A stretch of DNA of 64,000 nt from Pristiophorus japonicus (GCF_044704955.1 NC_091992.1:14198001-14262000); one strand, 5' to 3'; positions 12,996 through 25,409 are shown, counted from the stretch's first letter. Program-made: numbers and translations. The notes: generated by a model not told the origin, from the sequence alone.

Positions 12996-15404
12996 AATGG
13001 GAGACACTGGATTATGTTCCTACGCTGGCAAATTTACCTGGTTCAACTCCCCGGCTGATCCACCATTCCTCCTCTCGCCCCCCCCACCCCTTCCTCCCTC
13101 ACCCACCCGCCTCCCCCCGCCCGGCAGACATTGATACTAATTCAATCGGTTCCATTGCTGCCCCTGCTGTGATCAGCTAACAAAAATGAAAACGATTTAG
13201 CTGTCGGCGACAGAGTAATTATGAATTTGGGGTAATACGACACTCGTCTGTTATGAATCAAGCTTGTATTCTCTGGGACCCACCACCTGTAGATTCCAGT
13301 CAATGCTTTCTGCATCTAAATTAGCTGATAGACGACATGATGTGGAGCTAATTCATTGCTTAGCCTGTCTCCTATTAACCTTGACTCTGCCGGTGGGTGT
13401 AAACGCTGAGCAGTACACCACCTACATATTCAGATCATTATTCTTTTGCAGTAGGGTTTAGTGTGAGGACGGACTGGTGAGGTGCCTTTCATGGACAAAA
13501 TTGGTCTGAGATGATTCAAAGTGACCTAGAAGACTTTGACTTGCACAGTGTACAATGCAAGTATTTGTATGCAATCAGATGGCCGGTGTAGGGAGTACTC
13601 ATTAGTTATTATAAAAGGTAGCCTTAAATGGCTATCTGTCGTCTTACACCCAAGTGAAGATTATAACAGAGCCCTACCGAAGAGTCCTTGTATTAATCTT
13701 CCTCTAAAGATGATGGGTGGTGATCAATTTCTTTTAAAATGAGCTAGGGTTTTTAATAGATTTGTAATATAATGATCTCAGCAAGACCTATTTAAACAAA
13801 GAGATGGTGTGGAATGCTAGCTACCCCTAGTGGTTATCGCTAGATTCATGAATCTGTATCACTGCAAATAACAAAAGCTGGCCTAATGATACATATTTTT
13901 AAATGTTATGTTGTGTACCCAAGCTGAGAAAAGGCCATCGGGCCCATATGTATTCGCCCAATTTTTGTGCACCCTCATCCCCATGTACCAGCCCTCCTCC
14001 TCCTCCTTCCCACCTCCCAGGAGAAGGGGAAATAATAGACTTGTAGCCAATTTGAAAGATCTGACAAAAAATTGCATTCCAACCCCTCATGGGTATTCAG
14101 GCAACAGAGAGAATAATAGACAGCACAGAGGATATATATTATATTACATTATATTATCTAGTTTTAAAAACAAATCTAAATCCTTGAATCATGTTCAGGA
14201 AGTTCAAGTAGTCTAATATGGCCATCTAAATCCTGAAATTAAACCACAGCCTCACGATTCTTTGTTGCCATCTTGCTTTACATATATACGGGTAGTGTAA
14301 GAAGATAGGCTTAGGAGGGTATTTAGAGGGACTCGTCTCAATTTCTACAAAATACCCTGCGTTTAGACACGACTGAAGAATCATGTTATTGCAAACTAAG
14401 GGAGGGATGAACAGTTTGAGACTTGAAGCTGTCGACATCGTTGTATCTTGTGTCTCCTCTCTGACTTTAGGTATGCATACTCCTGTTAGTTGTTGAGATA
14501 CAGGGCTCAATTTTCCCCAGTGATCTGCGCAGTTTTTTTAAGCGCGCATCGCTTTTTTTGGCCTAAATTAAAATATCCAAGTTTCCCCAAAGGTTATGCG
14601 CCAGCGTAACTCAGTTAGTTACGATATTTTTATGTTAGTTTTTTTTTTGCATCATGGGGGCGTAACCTGATGTCTGCACCAGTTTTTCACATTTATGGAA
14701 GTTTGGCAAACTTACAATTATCCTAGGATGGCGTATGTGACCATTCCCAAAAAACCTTCTGGGCATTTAAGAAAAACCAGCGCACATTAAAAAATCGGTG
14801 CAGAGAGATGCCGTTGTTTTTAGGCAAAGTTTTAGAGGGAGTCAAGAACGTATTAAATATGCATCATGAAGCTTAATTTTTTCAAACTTAAAATGCAGAA
14901 AATGGAAGTTAATTTTGGATTCTTTTCAAAGTGCCACGCCACCACCTAATGTCTCTAAACTGGGCTTGAGGGTCGAAGTGTCAGCTGGCAGAATTGGTCC
15001 TCGCCCGGACACGGGGGTTCGGGACTCGGTTTCAAAAGAAGTCCAGTGGGGTGGGAGTGTGTGGAAGCCAAACTGAAGGGATAAGAACCCTTGCACTGCA
15101 GCAGTATCAAAAGAAGCCCGGCAGGGGGAGAGGGAGGTGGGGGTGCTGTTTGTCGAGCCCCTATGTCCAGGTGAGGGAGCGAGTTTGCCTCGAGCCTGTG
15201 AAGAGACGGTAAGGTGGTACTTTGAAAAAAATCAAAAATTAAAGAATTGCATTCGACAAATGTCCTAATTTGAATGTCTAGCTTCCCGTTCTAAGTAAGT
15301 GCAGACCTGGATGTGGTCCATACTAGGGTGTCGACCTTGGGGAGAGAGAGAACAAAAAAGCTTGTTCTGCTGTTTTGAGCTTCTTGTAAAGGTACAATTT
15401 AATC

Positions 15405-16627
15405 ATGGGCACAATATTGATACTGTCATATCTGGTGCAAGCCTTCTGCAAGATGGTGCTGCAGAGGAGACAATTGATTCGATGTTATCGTATGAGGAAC
15501 CTCAGCACGTAGGATGATGGGCAGGGAGGCCTTACCCACATCGGGTATAGCGGGACAGGCGTTCATACCTGCACCTGAGTGATGCAGACTGTGTGAGAAG
15601 GCTGCGTTTTCACAAAGAAGTTGTAACTGAGATCTGTGCGTTGGTAAAAGCAGACCTGCAACCTAGAAGCATCAGGAGGACTGCTTTGTCGGTTGAAGTG
15701 AAGGTTACAGCTGCACTTTCATTCTATGCATCTGGATCGTTCCAGGCCACAACTGGGGATGTGTGCACCATTTCTCAACATGCAGCACTTATCTGCATTC
15801 GGCAGGTGATTGCTGCACTACATGTTCGGAGGAATGACTACATAAAGTTCCCCATGACTGCCCAGGCAACGCGTGAAAGGGCCGTGGGCTTCTCCAGGAT
15901 TGCTGGCTTCCCAAAGGTACAGGGCTGCATTGATTGTACCCATATTGCCTTGCGAGCACCTTTGGAGGATTCAGAGATAGATGTACAGGAACAGAAAAGG
16001 CTTCCACTCCGTTAATGTGCAGCTCGTGTGTGACAACATGCATCGCATCATGTCAGTTGAGGCAAGATACCCGGGAGCACCCATGATATGTTCATCCTAC
16101 GCGAGAGCGTTATGTCTGCTATGTTTCAGCAGCAGCCAGAAGAGCAGAGCTGGCTACTGGGAAACAAAGGGTACAGCCTCGCCACCTGGCCCATGACGCC
16201 CCTATACGTAGCCCAGACAGAAGCTGACCGGGAATACAACATGTCGCACATTGCGACGCAGAGCATAATAGAGAGGACCATTGGCATCTTGAAACAGCGT
16301 TGCCGATGCCTGGACCATTCCGGAGGCTACTTGCAATACTCCCCTGAGATTGTCGGTCAGTTCACTGTTGTGTGCTGCATGTTTTATAACTTAGCCATGA
16401 GGCCGCAGCATCTGGTAGTAGAAGACTCACCTGAGGCGATAGTGGTTGATGATGAGGAGGAAGATGCAGAGGACGAGGAGGAGGAGGAGGAGGAGGAGGA
16501 GAACGAGGAAGCCTTGCAACTACCTGAACCCGGAGCACGACGGCGGAGGAGGGCGGGCCGTTGTGCTCCTTTAACGATTGCTTGAGCCTTGCGCCAGCAG
16601 CTCATCCATGAACGCTTTGCTACCTGA
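15405..16627 (+). pseudogene. Harbinger DDE transposase (HARBI1-like), with stops and frameshifts
   Basis: VTAALSFYASGSFQ, GFPKVQGCIDCTHI, YRNRKGFHSVNVQLVCD, WLLG[N for D]KGY, IIERTIGILKQRCRCL and an acidic C-terminal run, spread over several ORF pieces. Confidence 0.9.
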
Positions 16628-16870
16628 AGGCTCAGCGGCAACTATTCAAAATGGACCATGTTTACTGTTTGAACCTGTTCCGTTGTGTTGTGTTAATGGA
16701 ACAAATAATGGAAATGATTCTTGGTTACTTCAAAAAGTTGTGTCAATAATGGAACATATAATGGAAATGATTCAGTTATAATTTAAAATATATTTTATTC
16801 AAAAGTTTAATAAACACTTGTTTGTACTTAACTTTAATAAAAATATTCTTGTATCAAACTTTAAAGTTTT

Positions 16871-17072
16871 TGTAGTGTATGGAGAAAGAGTCAGACTGAA
16901 CACTGTGTGAGCTCAAAGTAATGTGTGACCTTAGTCTTTTATTGCAGGTCTCCAGAGTGCCTCTCCAACCTGTGAAGCACTCTTAAATACCTGATTATGA
17001 GATCCCTTGGGACTCCGGGGAATTAGCCCTCTGATGGCTGTACAGAGTATATACAAGTCCAGATACATAACA
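16871..17072 (-). mobile_element. Solo LTR (202 bp) nested in the Harbinger
   Basis: TG...CA ends, 5-bp TSD gtttt/gtttt, AATAAA on the minus strand. Confidence 0.85.
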
Positions 17073-17229
17073 GTTTTCAGTTAAGATCACTTGCAAACTT
17101 TTAAACTTGTAAATTTACATAACTTTAAAAAAAACTTAACTTGAGAACAGTTACAACAGTAACAACAATAATGAGAACAACAGCAGCAGCAGCAAAGAAA
17201 GGCTGCACCCATCTCTCCTCCACCTTATT

Positions 17230-19282
17230 CTAAGACCGCCCACTGCGCTTGGTCTTGGTGACTCCACCCCTGCCCACAGGCGGTAGCGCAGTGTTTCTCG
17301 GGTTGGTACCAAGCTTATTCTTTTGAACATCTCGAGTAATGCGCACTTCTTGATGGGGGGTTGTGGGTAGGTGGTAATGTGGAAGACCCAGCTTGGGCCT
17401 CTTCAGAGGCTGGTCTGTGGATTGGAATGGGAGTGGCAATTGATTCTGTCTCTGGGCGTGTTACCTTATCGCAGCAGCTAACTCTGACATTCCCTCCCTC
17501 AGTGTCTCAACTACCTCCAACATTCCCTCCCTCATGTGCACCGACATTGTTCCCATTTCTCGTGAGAGTGTTGTTACTTCTCTCAACAGTCCCGATATCT
17601 CATCACCCACCCCCCTGATGGTGTCCACAGAGTAAGTGGAGCTGAGTCCACGGCCAGATCAGCCGTGATCTTGTTGGGTGGCGGAGCAGGCTTGAGAGGC
17701 TAGATGGCCTACTCCTGTTCCTAATTCTTATGTTCTTATGTTCTTATTAATGTTGGGGAAGTCCAGAACCAGGGGTTACAGTCTAAGGATAAGGGGTAAG
17801 CCATTTAGGACCGAGATGAGGAGAAACTTCTTCACCCAGAGAGTGGTGAACCTGTGGAATTCTCTACCACAGAAAGTTGTTGAGGCCAATTCACTAAATA
17901 TATTCAAAAGGAAGTTAGATGTAGTCCTTACTACTAGGGGGATCAAGGGGTATGGCGAGAAAGCAGGAATGGGGTACTGAAGTTGCATGTTCAGCCATGA
18001 TCTCATTGAATGGCGGTGCAGGCTCGAAGGGCCGAATGGCCTACTCCTGCACCTATTTTCTATGTTTCTATGTCCAGGAGCGATCAAGTAAGGTCAATGC
18101 TTTCCGCACTCATTGCCATCATCTGAACCACATCTGTTAGATCCTGCACCTCAGCTTTCCTTCCCCTCCTCATCCTGGGTGTGGCTCGCTGCATCCCACT
18201 GGGACCCGCAGCCTCGGACGGTGGAGCCCTGGGTGTGGCTCGCTGCATCCCACCGGAGTCCCCAGCCTCGGACTGTGAGAAACCATGGAATGTCCCACCA
18301 ACACTCGTACCACTCGGGAAAAGGCCTGGCACCTCAATGGGCGGCACCTGCACCTCCTCCAGAGTGAGTACAACAGTGTGGGCTTGATCCATCACCTCCC
18401 CCTCCCTCTCCCTCTCACCCTCATGCTCTTGGCTGGAAGGTGGGATTGGAAGATGTTCCCCTCTTCAGGCTTGTCCGTGCCTGAATCATCATCTGCATCG
18501 GCTTCAGCCTCGCCAGGGTTGGCCTCAACTTCTGCAAAATATAACAGAACAGACAAATGGTTAGCAGCAGAGGAGGGGGCAGGGTGGGTGGCTTGAGTAG
18601 GCTCACACAGCGCAGGCAGCAGGCTCATTTGAAGGACGACAATGAATGATCGCACATTGCATCAATCGAAGCGTAGCTGACGGAGACATCCCCATGAACC
18701 GAAGCATGGCTAGCCCAAGCAGTACTTAACATTTAGCAAAGCCAGACTGTGGACTTTACAGGACTTACCCTCTCCCTCGAGTGTGAGCCCAGCTTGTGCA
18801 GTGGTGGTTGCTTTTCTCCAGGAAGGACCCATCAGAGCAGCGACCCTGTCTTCCAAGGATGTCAGTGGTGCAGATTTGCCGGGCCTCCTCTTGTTCGAGT
18901 TTTTTCCCTTTTGTTGTGTGCCACCTTCCTCTGCAAAGGTGAAAATATAACTTTATAGAGAGGGTGTCTTTCTGCTGGATGGGACATATACAGATGGTCA
19001 CATTTACAATTGCAATTCCATTGAATAAATGAAAATATTACTTACACTAACTGCTTGACCAAGGTCCTGCCACTTCTTTATGCACTGGCCTCCAGACCCC
19101 GGGGTGGTCACCATTGCACAGTAATCTTCTGCAAGTTGGTTCCAGCGTTTCTTCATTTCTTTTAGTGAAACTTTTATGTGACCTCTGCTGGTGTCCAGCT
19201 TGTGCCATCTGGCCTCAATTACAGTAACCAGTGCCTCCACTTCATCCTGTGAGAAATTCTTGGTTCTTGAGCCACGTTGCAG
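17230..19282 (-). pseudogene. Harbinger Myb/SANT-like DNA-binding protein gene, 3 exons (~19282-19046, 18930-18769, 18531-17230), disrupted
   Basis: NFSQDEVEALV..KKRWNQLAE..QCIKKWQDL trihelix Trp spacing; GTAAGT donors at 19045 and 18768, AG acceptors at 18931 and 18532; RKVAHNKREKTRTRGGP; in-frame 54-bp duplication at 18174-18273. Confidence 0.85.
17628..18070 (+). mobile_element. Chimeric CR1 insertion: two different CR1 3' ends in tandem
   Basis: A single TSD pair tgtcca (17622-27 / 18071-76) encloses a (cttatgtt)n-tailed piece and a (tctatgtt)-tailed piece. Confidence 0.8.
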
Positions 19283-19840
19283 CCTGTATTGCAGCTCCGA
19301 TTTTTCTAATGGGAATGAATGTTCTCACACACAACTGGCTCTTTAAAAATGGCCGAATGCAGACCAGGAGGTGTACTGGGCATGTGCGCCCATAGCAGTC
19401 ACATCAAAAACGCCCTTTTTTTTCTTCGCGCATGCGCAGAAGGGGGGCATCGTTTTTTTGGCACAGACAATAGGCTCCACCCCCCGAAGCTAAAAGATGG
19501 GCTGAATGGCGCCAAAGTCAAAAAATAGAACGGGGAAACTTGCTGGTTATTTTTTTGGAATAATCGGGGCCTAAAAAAAACAGGCGTAACTCTTGCAATA
19601 CGCAAAAAAACGGCATTGGGGAAAATTGAGCCCTTAATCTTTTTACTATTTCACTATTTTTTAGTATCAAGCTTTGCTGAATCGCAGTTTAATAAGTTTG
19701 CTAGACTCTAGTTTTATTTCTCCTTTGTTAGACGTAGCGAAAGGAATGATGTTTAACATGGGTTTTATTTAGAGTTAGAACTCTTCAAGGTCTGTAGGGT
19801 GAGTCCTCGGCTGCAGGAACAGAAACTGAAGGCTGGACTC

Positions 19841-20120
19841 GGGTGGATGTAAAAGATCACATGATACTATTTCAAAGAAGAGCAGGGGAGTTTTCCCATG
19901 GGTTCCTGGCCAATATGTATCCCTCAATCAACATCACTAAAACAGATTATCTGGGTCATTATCACAATACTGTCTGTGGGAGCTTGCTGTGCGCAAATTG
20001 GCTGCCGTGTTTCCTACATTACGACAGTGACTACACTGCAAAAAGTACTTCATTGGCTGTAAAGCGCATTGCGATGTCCGGTGGTCGTGAAGGTGCTATA
20101 GAAATGCAAGTCATTCTTTC
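19841..20120 (+). mobile_element. Deu-domain SINE, 5'-truncated
   Basis: Homologous to 12715-12995. Confidence 0.8.
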
Positions 20121-20667
20121 TAGACTTGCTTGTTGAGGATTTCCTGAAGCTAATTTGAGTCGATTGCAGTTCTGAAAGCCTTCGTGACTAAATTAATTAA
20201 TTTCTTTCTTTCATCTCTGATCGCAAATCGTATCCGGCACCATTCTCAAATTCTGTTTCTATTCACATTAATGATTTGCTGTGAAATAAAGCATGAGATC
20301 AGTGCTACATGGTACAACTACAATTCAGTTCCAATTGCACGATTTGATCACAGGATTTGGCTAGCCTGCTGCAAGTTAAAAAATACACGATACCATCCGA
20401 CATATCCTACTGTGTATACTTTATAGATTATTATGGATTGCGACGTGTTGATGGGTCATAAAGAGATGGCACATCTGTGTTCACATGAGCTACTTTTCTT
20501 TTGCTGTTTGTCAACATGTGATACCCTCTGTGCTACAACCTTGGAACGTACTTCAACCTGTGTTATTTCCTGCAATAACTCAATGTTACAATGTACTGAC
20601 TGCTGAATTATGTAATGTAATCTGTTGCAGAAAAAAAACCTCTGTAATCCTAACAATATATTAACAT

Positions 20668-20802
20668 CTGTTCTGACAAAAGGACACCGACCTGAAACGT
20701 TAACTCTGTTTCTCTCTCCTCAGATGCCTGACTTGCTGAGTACTTCCAGCATATTCTGTTTATATTTCAGATTTCCAGCAAGCACAGTATTTTGCCTTTT
20801 TA
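20668..20802 (+). mobile_element. Penelope-like terminal fragment with a degenerate minimal hammerhead motif
   Basis: ctgacaa-aggacaccgacct-gaaacgtta followed by ..gctgagtacttccagcat..ttcagatttccagca. Confidence 0.55.
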
Positions 20803-20849
20803 ATATATTAACATTTTAATGCTCAAATGGTATTAGTGATTAAAATGAA

Positions 20850-21201
20850 TTCCTCCATGGCCTCACCCCTCCCTATCCTTGTAATCTCCTTCAGCCCCAC
20901 AATCCCCTCGAGATGTCTGCCCTCCTCTAATTCTGCCCTCTTGAGCATCCCTGATTATAATTGCTCAACCACTGGTGGCCGTGCCTTCTGTTGCCTAGAC
21001 CCTAATCTCTGGAATTCCCTCCCTAAACCTCTCTGCCTCTCTTTCCTCCTTTAAGACGCTCCTTAAAACTTACCTCCATCTGCCCCTAATTTCTACTTAT
21101 GTGGCTCGGTGCCTTTTTCTGTCTTAGAATACTCTTGTGTAATGCTTTGGAATGTTTTACTCTGTTTAAAGATGCTATATAAATACAAGTTATTGTTGTT
21201 G
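20850..21201 (+). mobile_element. L2 3' fragment
   Basis: Encodes GGRAF..PNLWNSLP, then gctatataaatacaagttattgttgttg tail. Confidence 0.8.
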
Positions 21202-21477
21202 AGTCTAAACACCCATAAAGACCAAAGGTCTTCCAGACCCCTCCTGGGTGGCATTGGCTTGAAATCACACCCAGGTATCAATTACTTCTCATCAAATGAT
21301 TCCTGTAGTATATTATTTTTGCCACAGAGCCTGCGTAAGGCGAGTCCTCCCCTCCCTCTAAAATAGCCACGAGATTCTACTAGTGTAAGCTTTAACAAGA
21401 AAGTGTTACAAATTCCAAAATATCTTCTTATAGCAAGCCCATATAATTTTAACGGTAATGTGCATTTTAGAGACATT

Positions 21478-21603
21478 GGGCTAGAAATTCATCTCGCAAA
21501 CCACATTGACTGCAGTGAACCTGAATATCAGATGCTGCATAGAACGGGCGGCCAATCCGATACCGCCCACTTTGCACTACTGCACGAGACTAATTTCTAG
21601 GCC
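21478..21603. mobile_element. 126-bp Harbinger-type MITE
   Basis: TIRs gggctagaaatt / aatttctaggcc. Confidence 0.65.
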
Positions 21604-21840
21604 ATGGGCCCTGAAATTCCGTGGGAAGATTGCCGGAACCCCTGGGGAAAGAGCTCAAAACAGCCAATGATCATTTTTCCTGGCAGGAGCCGATTACCGC
21701 ACAGGCCACTGGAGCCTGTACATGGGCCCTGAAATTCCGTGGGAAGATTGCCGGAACCCCTGGGGAAAGAGTTCAAAACAGCCAATGATCATTTTTCCTG
21801 GCAGGAGCCGATTACCGCTCAGGCCACTGGAGCCTGTACA
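21603..21840 (+). repeat. 118-bp tandem duplication starting with a Harbinger-like TIR (gggccctgaaattcc)
   Basis: Units begin at 21603 and 21721 and are nearly identical. Confidence 0.9.
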
Positions 21841-22057
21841 AATATTGGGTTCCCGATAATACTCACTGTGAAGAAGAAAAACTGCTGGATCAAAATATTC
21901 TTCCATTTCGATATACTGACAGGAGGGGGCGCTGTAGAGCCAGCAGATTCGGTGCAGTATAAATGCTGACACCTGTGGTTGCAGTTCACGTTTATGTTTA
22001 AATGGATGGGGGTGGGGGTCGGTGGGGGGGGGGATGTGCTAGGGTTGTTTGTGGAAG

Positions 22058-22465
22058 TTCATAAATGTTCTTGGTGCCCTCAAGCCGCTCGGCATTTAAT
22101 AAGATCGTGGCTGATCTTCGACCCCAACTCCACTTTCCCGCCCGATTCCCATATCCCTTGATTTCCTCTAGAGTCCAAAATCTATCGATCTCAGCCTTGA
22201 ATATATTCAACGACTGAGCATCCACAGCCCTTTGGGGTAGAGAATTCCAAAGATTCACAATCTTCTGAGTGAAGAAATTCCTCCTCATCTCAGACTTAAA
22301 TGGCCGACCCCTTATCCTGAGATGGTGCCGCCTAGTTCTAGACTCTCTAGCCAGGGGAAACATCCTGTCAGCATCTACCCTGCCAATCCCCCTCAAAATC
22401 TTACATGTTTCAATGAGATCACCTCTCATTCTTCTAAACTCCAGAGTATATGATCAACCTACTCA
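22058..22465 (-). mobile_element. CR1 3' fragment
   Basis: MRGDLIETCKILRG..RRNFFTQKIVNLWNSLPQ. Confidence 0.85.
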
Positions 22466-22755
22466 AACCCTGTGGGTTAAAACCTGCCCTTTCACCTCCA
22501 ATGTCTAGTTTCAAATGCCTAGCCGGGTCAATGTCATCTCTGTCGGCGAGATTAGGAAAGGTGACCAGAGCTTGATTGATGAGATGGGTTGGGTGAGTTT
22601 TTAAAAGGTGCTGGGAGAGATGCAGGGGCTGGGGGGACAGATGTCCAGACAGTGGGTCACAGATAGCTGCACGCTCTGCTGCCAACCATGTAAAGGGGTT
22701 TTAACGGTGATGGGACAGAGGTGGACAAGGTTACGGCAGACTCAGTAATGGACAT

Positions 22756-22965
22756 TGTTATGTCTTGAATAGAGTCAGACTGGATACTGCAAGCTCACAG
22801 TAAAGTGGGACTGTAGTCCTTTATTACAGATCTCAGAGTGCCTCTCTAGCCTGTGAGGCCTCCTTATATACAGGTGCTCCCAAGGGATTGTGGGATCCCT
22901 TGGGACTCCAGGGGATAAGCCCTCTAGTGGTTAGACCTGGTATTTACAGGTTTACACACATAACT
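22756..22965 (-). mobile_element. Solo LTR (210 bp)
   Basis: tgtta...taact (terminal CA mutated), TSD gacat/gacat; colinear with 16871-17072. Confidence 0.85.
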
Positions 22966-23806
22966 GACATGATCTGGGGTGTAAAGTACAGCCCTGGGTA
23001 AAACCGGGTGCCAAGACTGAAAATAGTCCAGTTCAGCTTGAGAGAGTGGACAAGGAACAGAAAGATTGTGGTGGGACTGAAGATGAACCTCCCAACTGGA
23101 GGAAGTTGTAACTTGTTTAGAAATTGATGCCAGACTAACAATCTGAAGGTGGGGGGGAGCAGTTCAGTCACAGGGTCGAGAGAAGTGCTGGAGAGGTAGG
23201 GTTGAATATGGTTAATATAGATGTGAAAAATAACCCTGTGCCTGTGGATTAAGTTGCTAAGAGAACTTCGAGACAGGCTGGTGACAAGTGGGAGCCTATC
23301 CCCACAACCATTCCCTCCCCAACTCCCTTCAAAGCTTGGACCAGAATAGAGTTATCAACTCTTGAGAGGTTTCATCACATAACCTTCCACCTCCAACAGT
23401 CCTTCCCAAATAGCTTTCTCCCCCCGCATCTCCAATATGTTTTACAACTAACAAAAGCTTTCAAAGAAAATGAAGACCAAGCAATTTATTGTTAATGCTC
23501 CGATGATTTTTCTCCTGAGTTGTGTATAGCTGTGTCCGGAAGATGCATCTTTAATTCCTGGAGCGTCTAAGACAACAACTACTTGCATTTATATAGCCTC
23601 TTTAACATAGTAAAACATCCCATGATGATTCTCTACCACCTGGAAGGACCAGGACAGCATGCACATGGGAACTCTGCCACCTCCAAGTTCCCCTCCAACT
23701 CACACACCAGCTCGACTTGGAAATATATCACCGTTCCTTCATCATTGCTGGGTCAAAATCCCAGATTTACCTCCCTAACAGCACTGTGGGAGTACTTTAT
23801 CACACA

Positions 23807-24190
23807 GTGTCAGGTGTGGCTCAGTTGGTATCATCCTCACCTCAGAGTCAAAGGTTGTGGGTTCAATTCCCACTCCAGGGACTTGAGCACAAAACTCTAA
23901 GCTGACGCTCTGAGGGAGTGCTGCACTGTCGGAGGTGATGTCTTTTGGATGAGAGGTTAAACCAAGGCCCCGTCTGCTCTCTCAGGTGGATGTAAAAGAT
24001 CCCAAGGCACTATTTTGAAGTTATCCCCGGTGACCTGGCCAATATTTATCCCTCAATCAACATCACTAAAACAGATTATCTGGTCATTGCTGTTTGTGGG
24101 AGTTCTCAGCCACCTTCTCGAGGGCAATTGAGGATGGGCAATAAATACTGGCCTTTCCTGCGATGCCCACATCCCATGAATGAATAAAAA
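23807..24190 (+). mobile_element. Deu-domain SINE 5' part joined to the tail of the second SINE family
   Basis: tRNA head and Deu core to ~24104, then ccaccttctcgagggcaatt..cccacatcccatgaatgaataaaaa. Confidence 0.7.
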
Positions 24191-24194
24191 CTTT

Positions 24195-25116
24195 GGCCCT
24201 GAAATTGCGGTCAGAGGCTTCCTGCGGGCAGATGCCTCCGACTACAAAAATATTTACGAATGTACCCAGTGGTCCCGGAAGAACGAATACTTGCGCTCCG
24301 AGGCCTCGATGGGCAGCCCAGCGTGGAGGCCCACGTATTCCAGGAGCATATGCATATCCTGGGATCACATGGGCCTGGACCACCAATCATAATGTGGTAT
24401 TCTCGTTAATATTCTCGTAATGGAGCTCTGAGCTGCCATTACTATCAATCAGAATGTTATATCTTTAGATGCTCTGATAATGATTCCACGGGGCAATGTG
24501 TTGTACTTGAACTGTAGTGACCTTAGTCCTTTATTGATAACTCCAGAGTGAGGATCACACCTGGTGACCTGCCTTTTATACTAGGCCTGGCACACCTGTA
24601 CAGGTAACCTACAAATCTCCCACTGCGGTGCCCTCTGGTGGCACACCTTGTAATAGTACAAGCAGTAACCATGTAGGATACATGACAGAGAATACCCCTA
24701 AAAACAAATAAAACACAAACATAAATTTAAAAAAAACACAACTTTTTTGAAATGAATAGAAATTGCATTCAATTAAATGTTTTAGAGAAAAAAATTATTT
24801 TATTGAATTTAAAAAAATGTTTTAAAAGTGTTAAAAAATAAACTTACCTTCATAGACAGGGTTTTTAATATAAAAATAACTAATAACATTTATGTTTTCT
24901 ATTAAAACTCTTACGCTGGTAAAAGCAGGCCTTACCAGGCATAAGAGTTTTATGGACATGAGTTGGGCAAATAGCTATTCCTACTCCTGGGGATGTGTTG
25001 AAACTGTGAAAAAAAATGTTGACAGATCGCAAGTGCCGGGTTTAGGCGCATCGCGCACCGAGAATAGGGCGCGTGTGCATATCGTACGCACCCGGAGAGG
25101 CCGAAATTTCAGGACC
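24195..25116. mobile_element. Harbinger-type MITE ending ~300 bp upstream of the TMEM97 ATG
   Basis: TIRs ggccctgaaattgcggtc / ggccgaaatttcaggacc (15/18). Confidence 0.75.
24455..24687 (-). mobile_element. Solo LTR (233 bp) nested in the MITE
   Basis: tgtta...tgaca, TSD cagaa/gagaa; shares gtgaccttagtcctttatt..ctccagagtg with the other LTRs. Confidence 0.8.
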
Positions 25117-25299
25117 AATTCTCAACCAACATTTGCCAGATCCTGCAGTGCTGGAACCACCGCAGTGCAGAATCTGTCAGCCTGGGCTGAGCAAACCTTC
25201 CCATTGCACACCTGGATAGGGCTGAGGCTACACTTGATCACTTTAGGGAAGACTCTGACGTTTATTGAGCACAAAGCGAGTCTGTCAATCTTCCTGTGA

Positions 25300-25409
25300 G
25301 TGCAGGGTTGGTCGCTCCGCGTTACTCCGCCTTCAGTATGCTAACCAATCGCTTGAGGAGCTGCGAGTGGCGACACTTTGTGCACCAATCCCCAATCCTT
25401 CAGCCCGCC
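25300..25409 (+). promoter_or_regulatory. TMEM97 proximal promoter / 5' UTR, CpG-rich with CCAAT boxes
   Basis: ccaat at 25345, 25385 and 25392; raised CpG from ~25300 to 25760. Confidence 0.5.

Larger units (their letters stand above)
14502..19634. mobile_element. Full-length decayed PIF/Harbinger DNA transposon (~5.1 kb including nested inserts)
   Basis: Perfect 18-bp TIRs agggctcaattttcccca / tggggaaaattgagccct enclosing convergent transposase and Myb/SANT genes. The TSD is degenerate (tac/taa). Confidence 0.93.

Noticed and set aside
15405-16627. Domesticated host gene HARBI1
   Set aside because: It has several stops and frameshifts, a catalytic D->N change, and sits within TIRs next to a Myb partner, so it is a transposon copy.
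1-25000. Exons of a neighbouring gene such as NLK, expected from mammalian synteny
   Set aside because: No kinase or other host-protein motifs were found in any frame; very small exons could have been missed.
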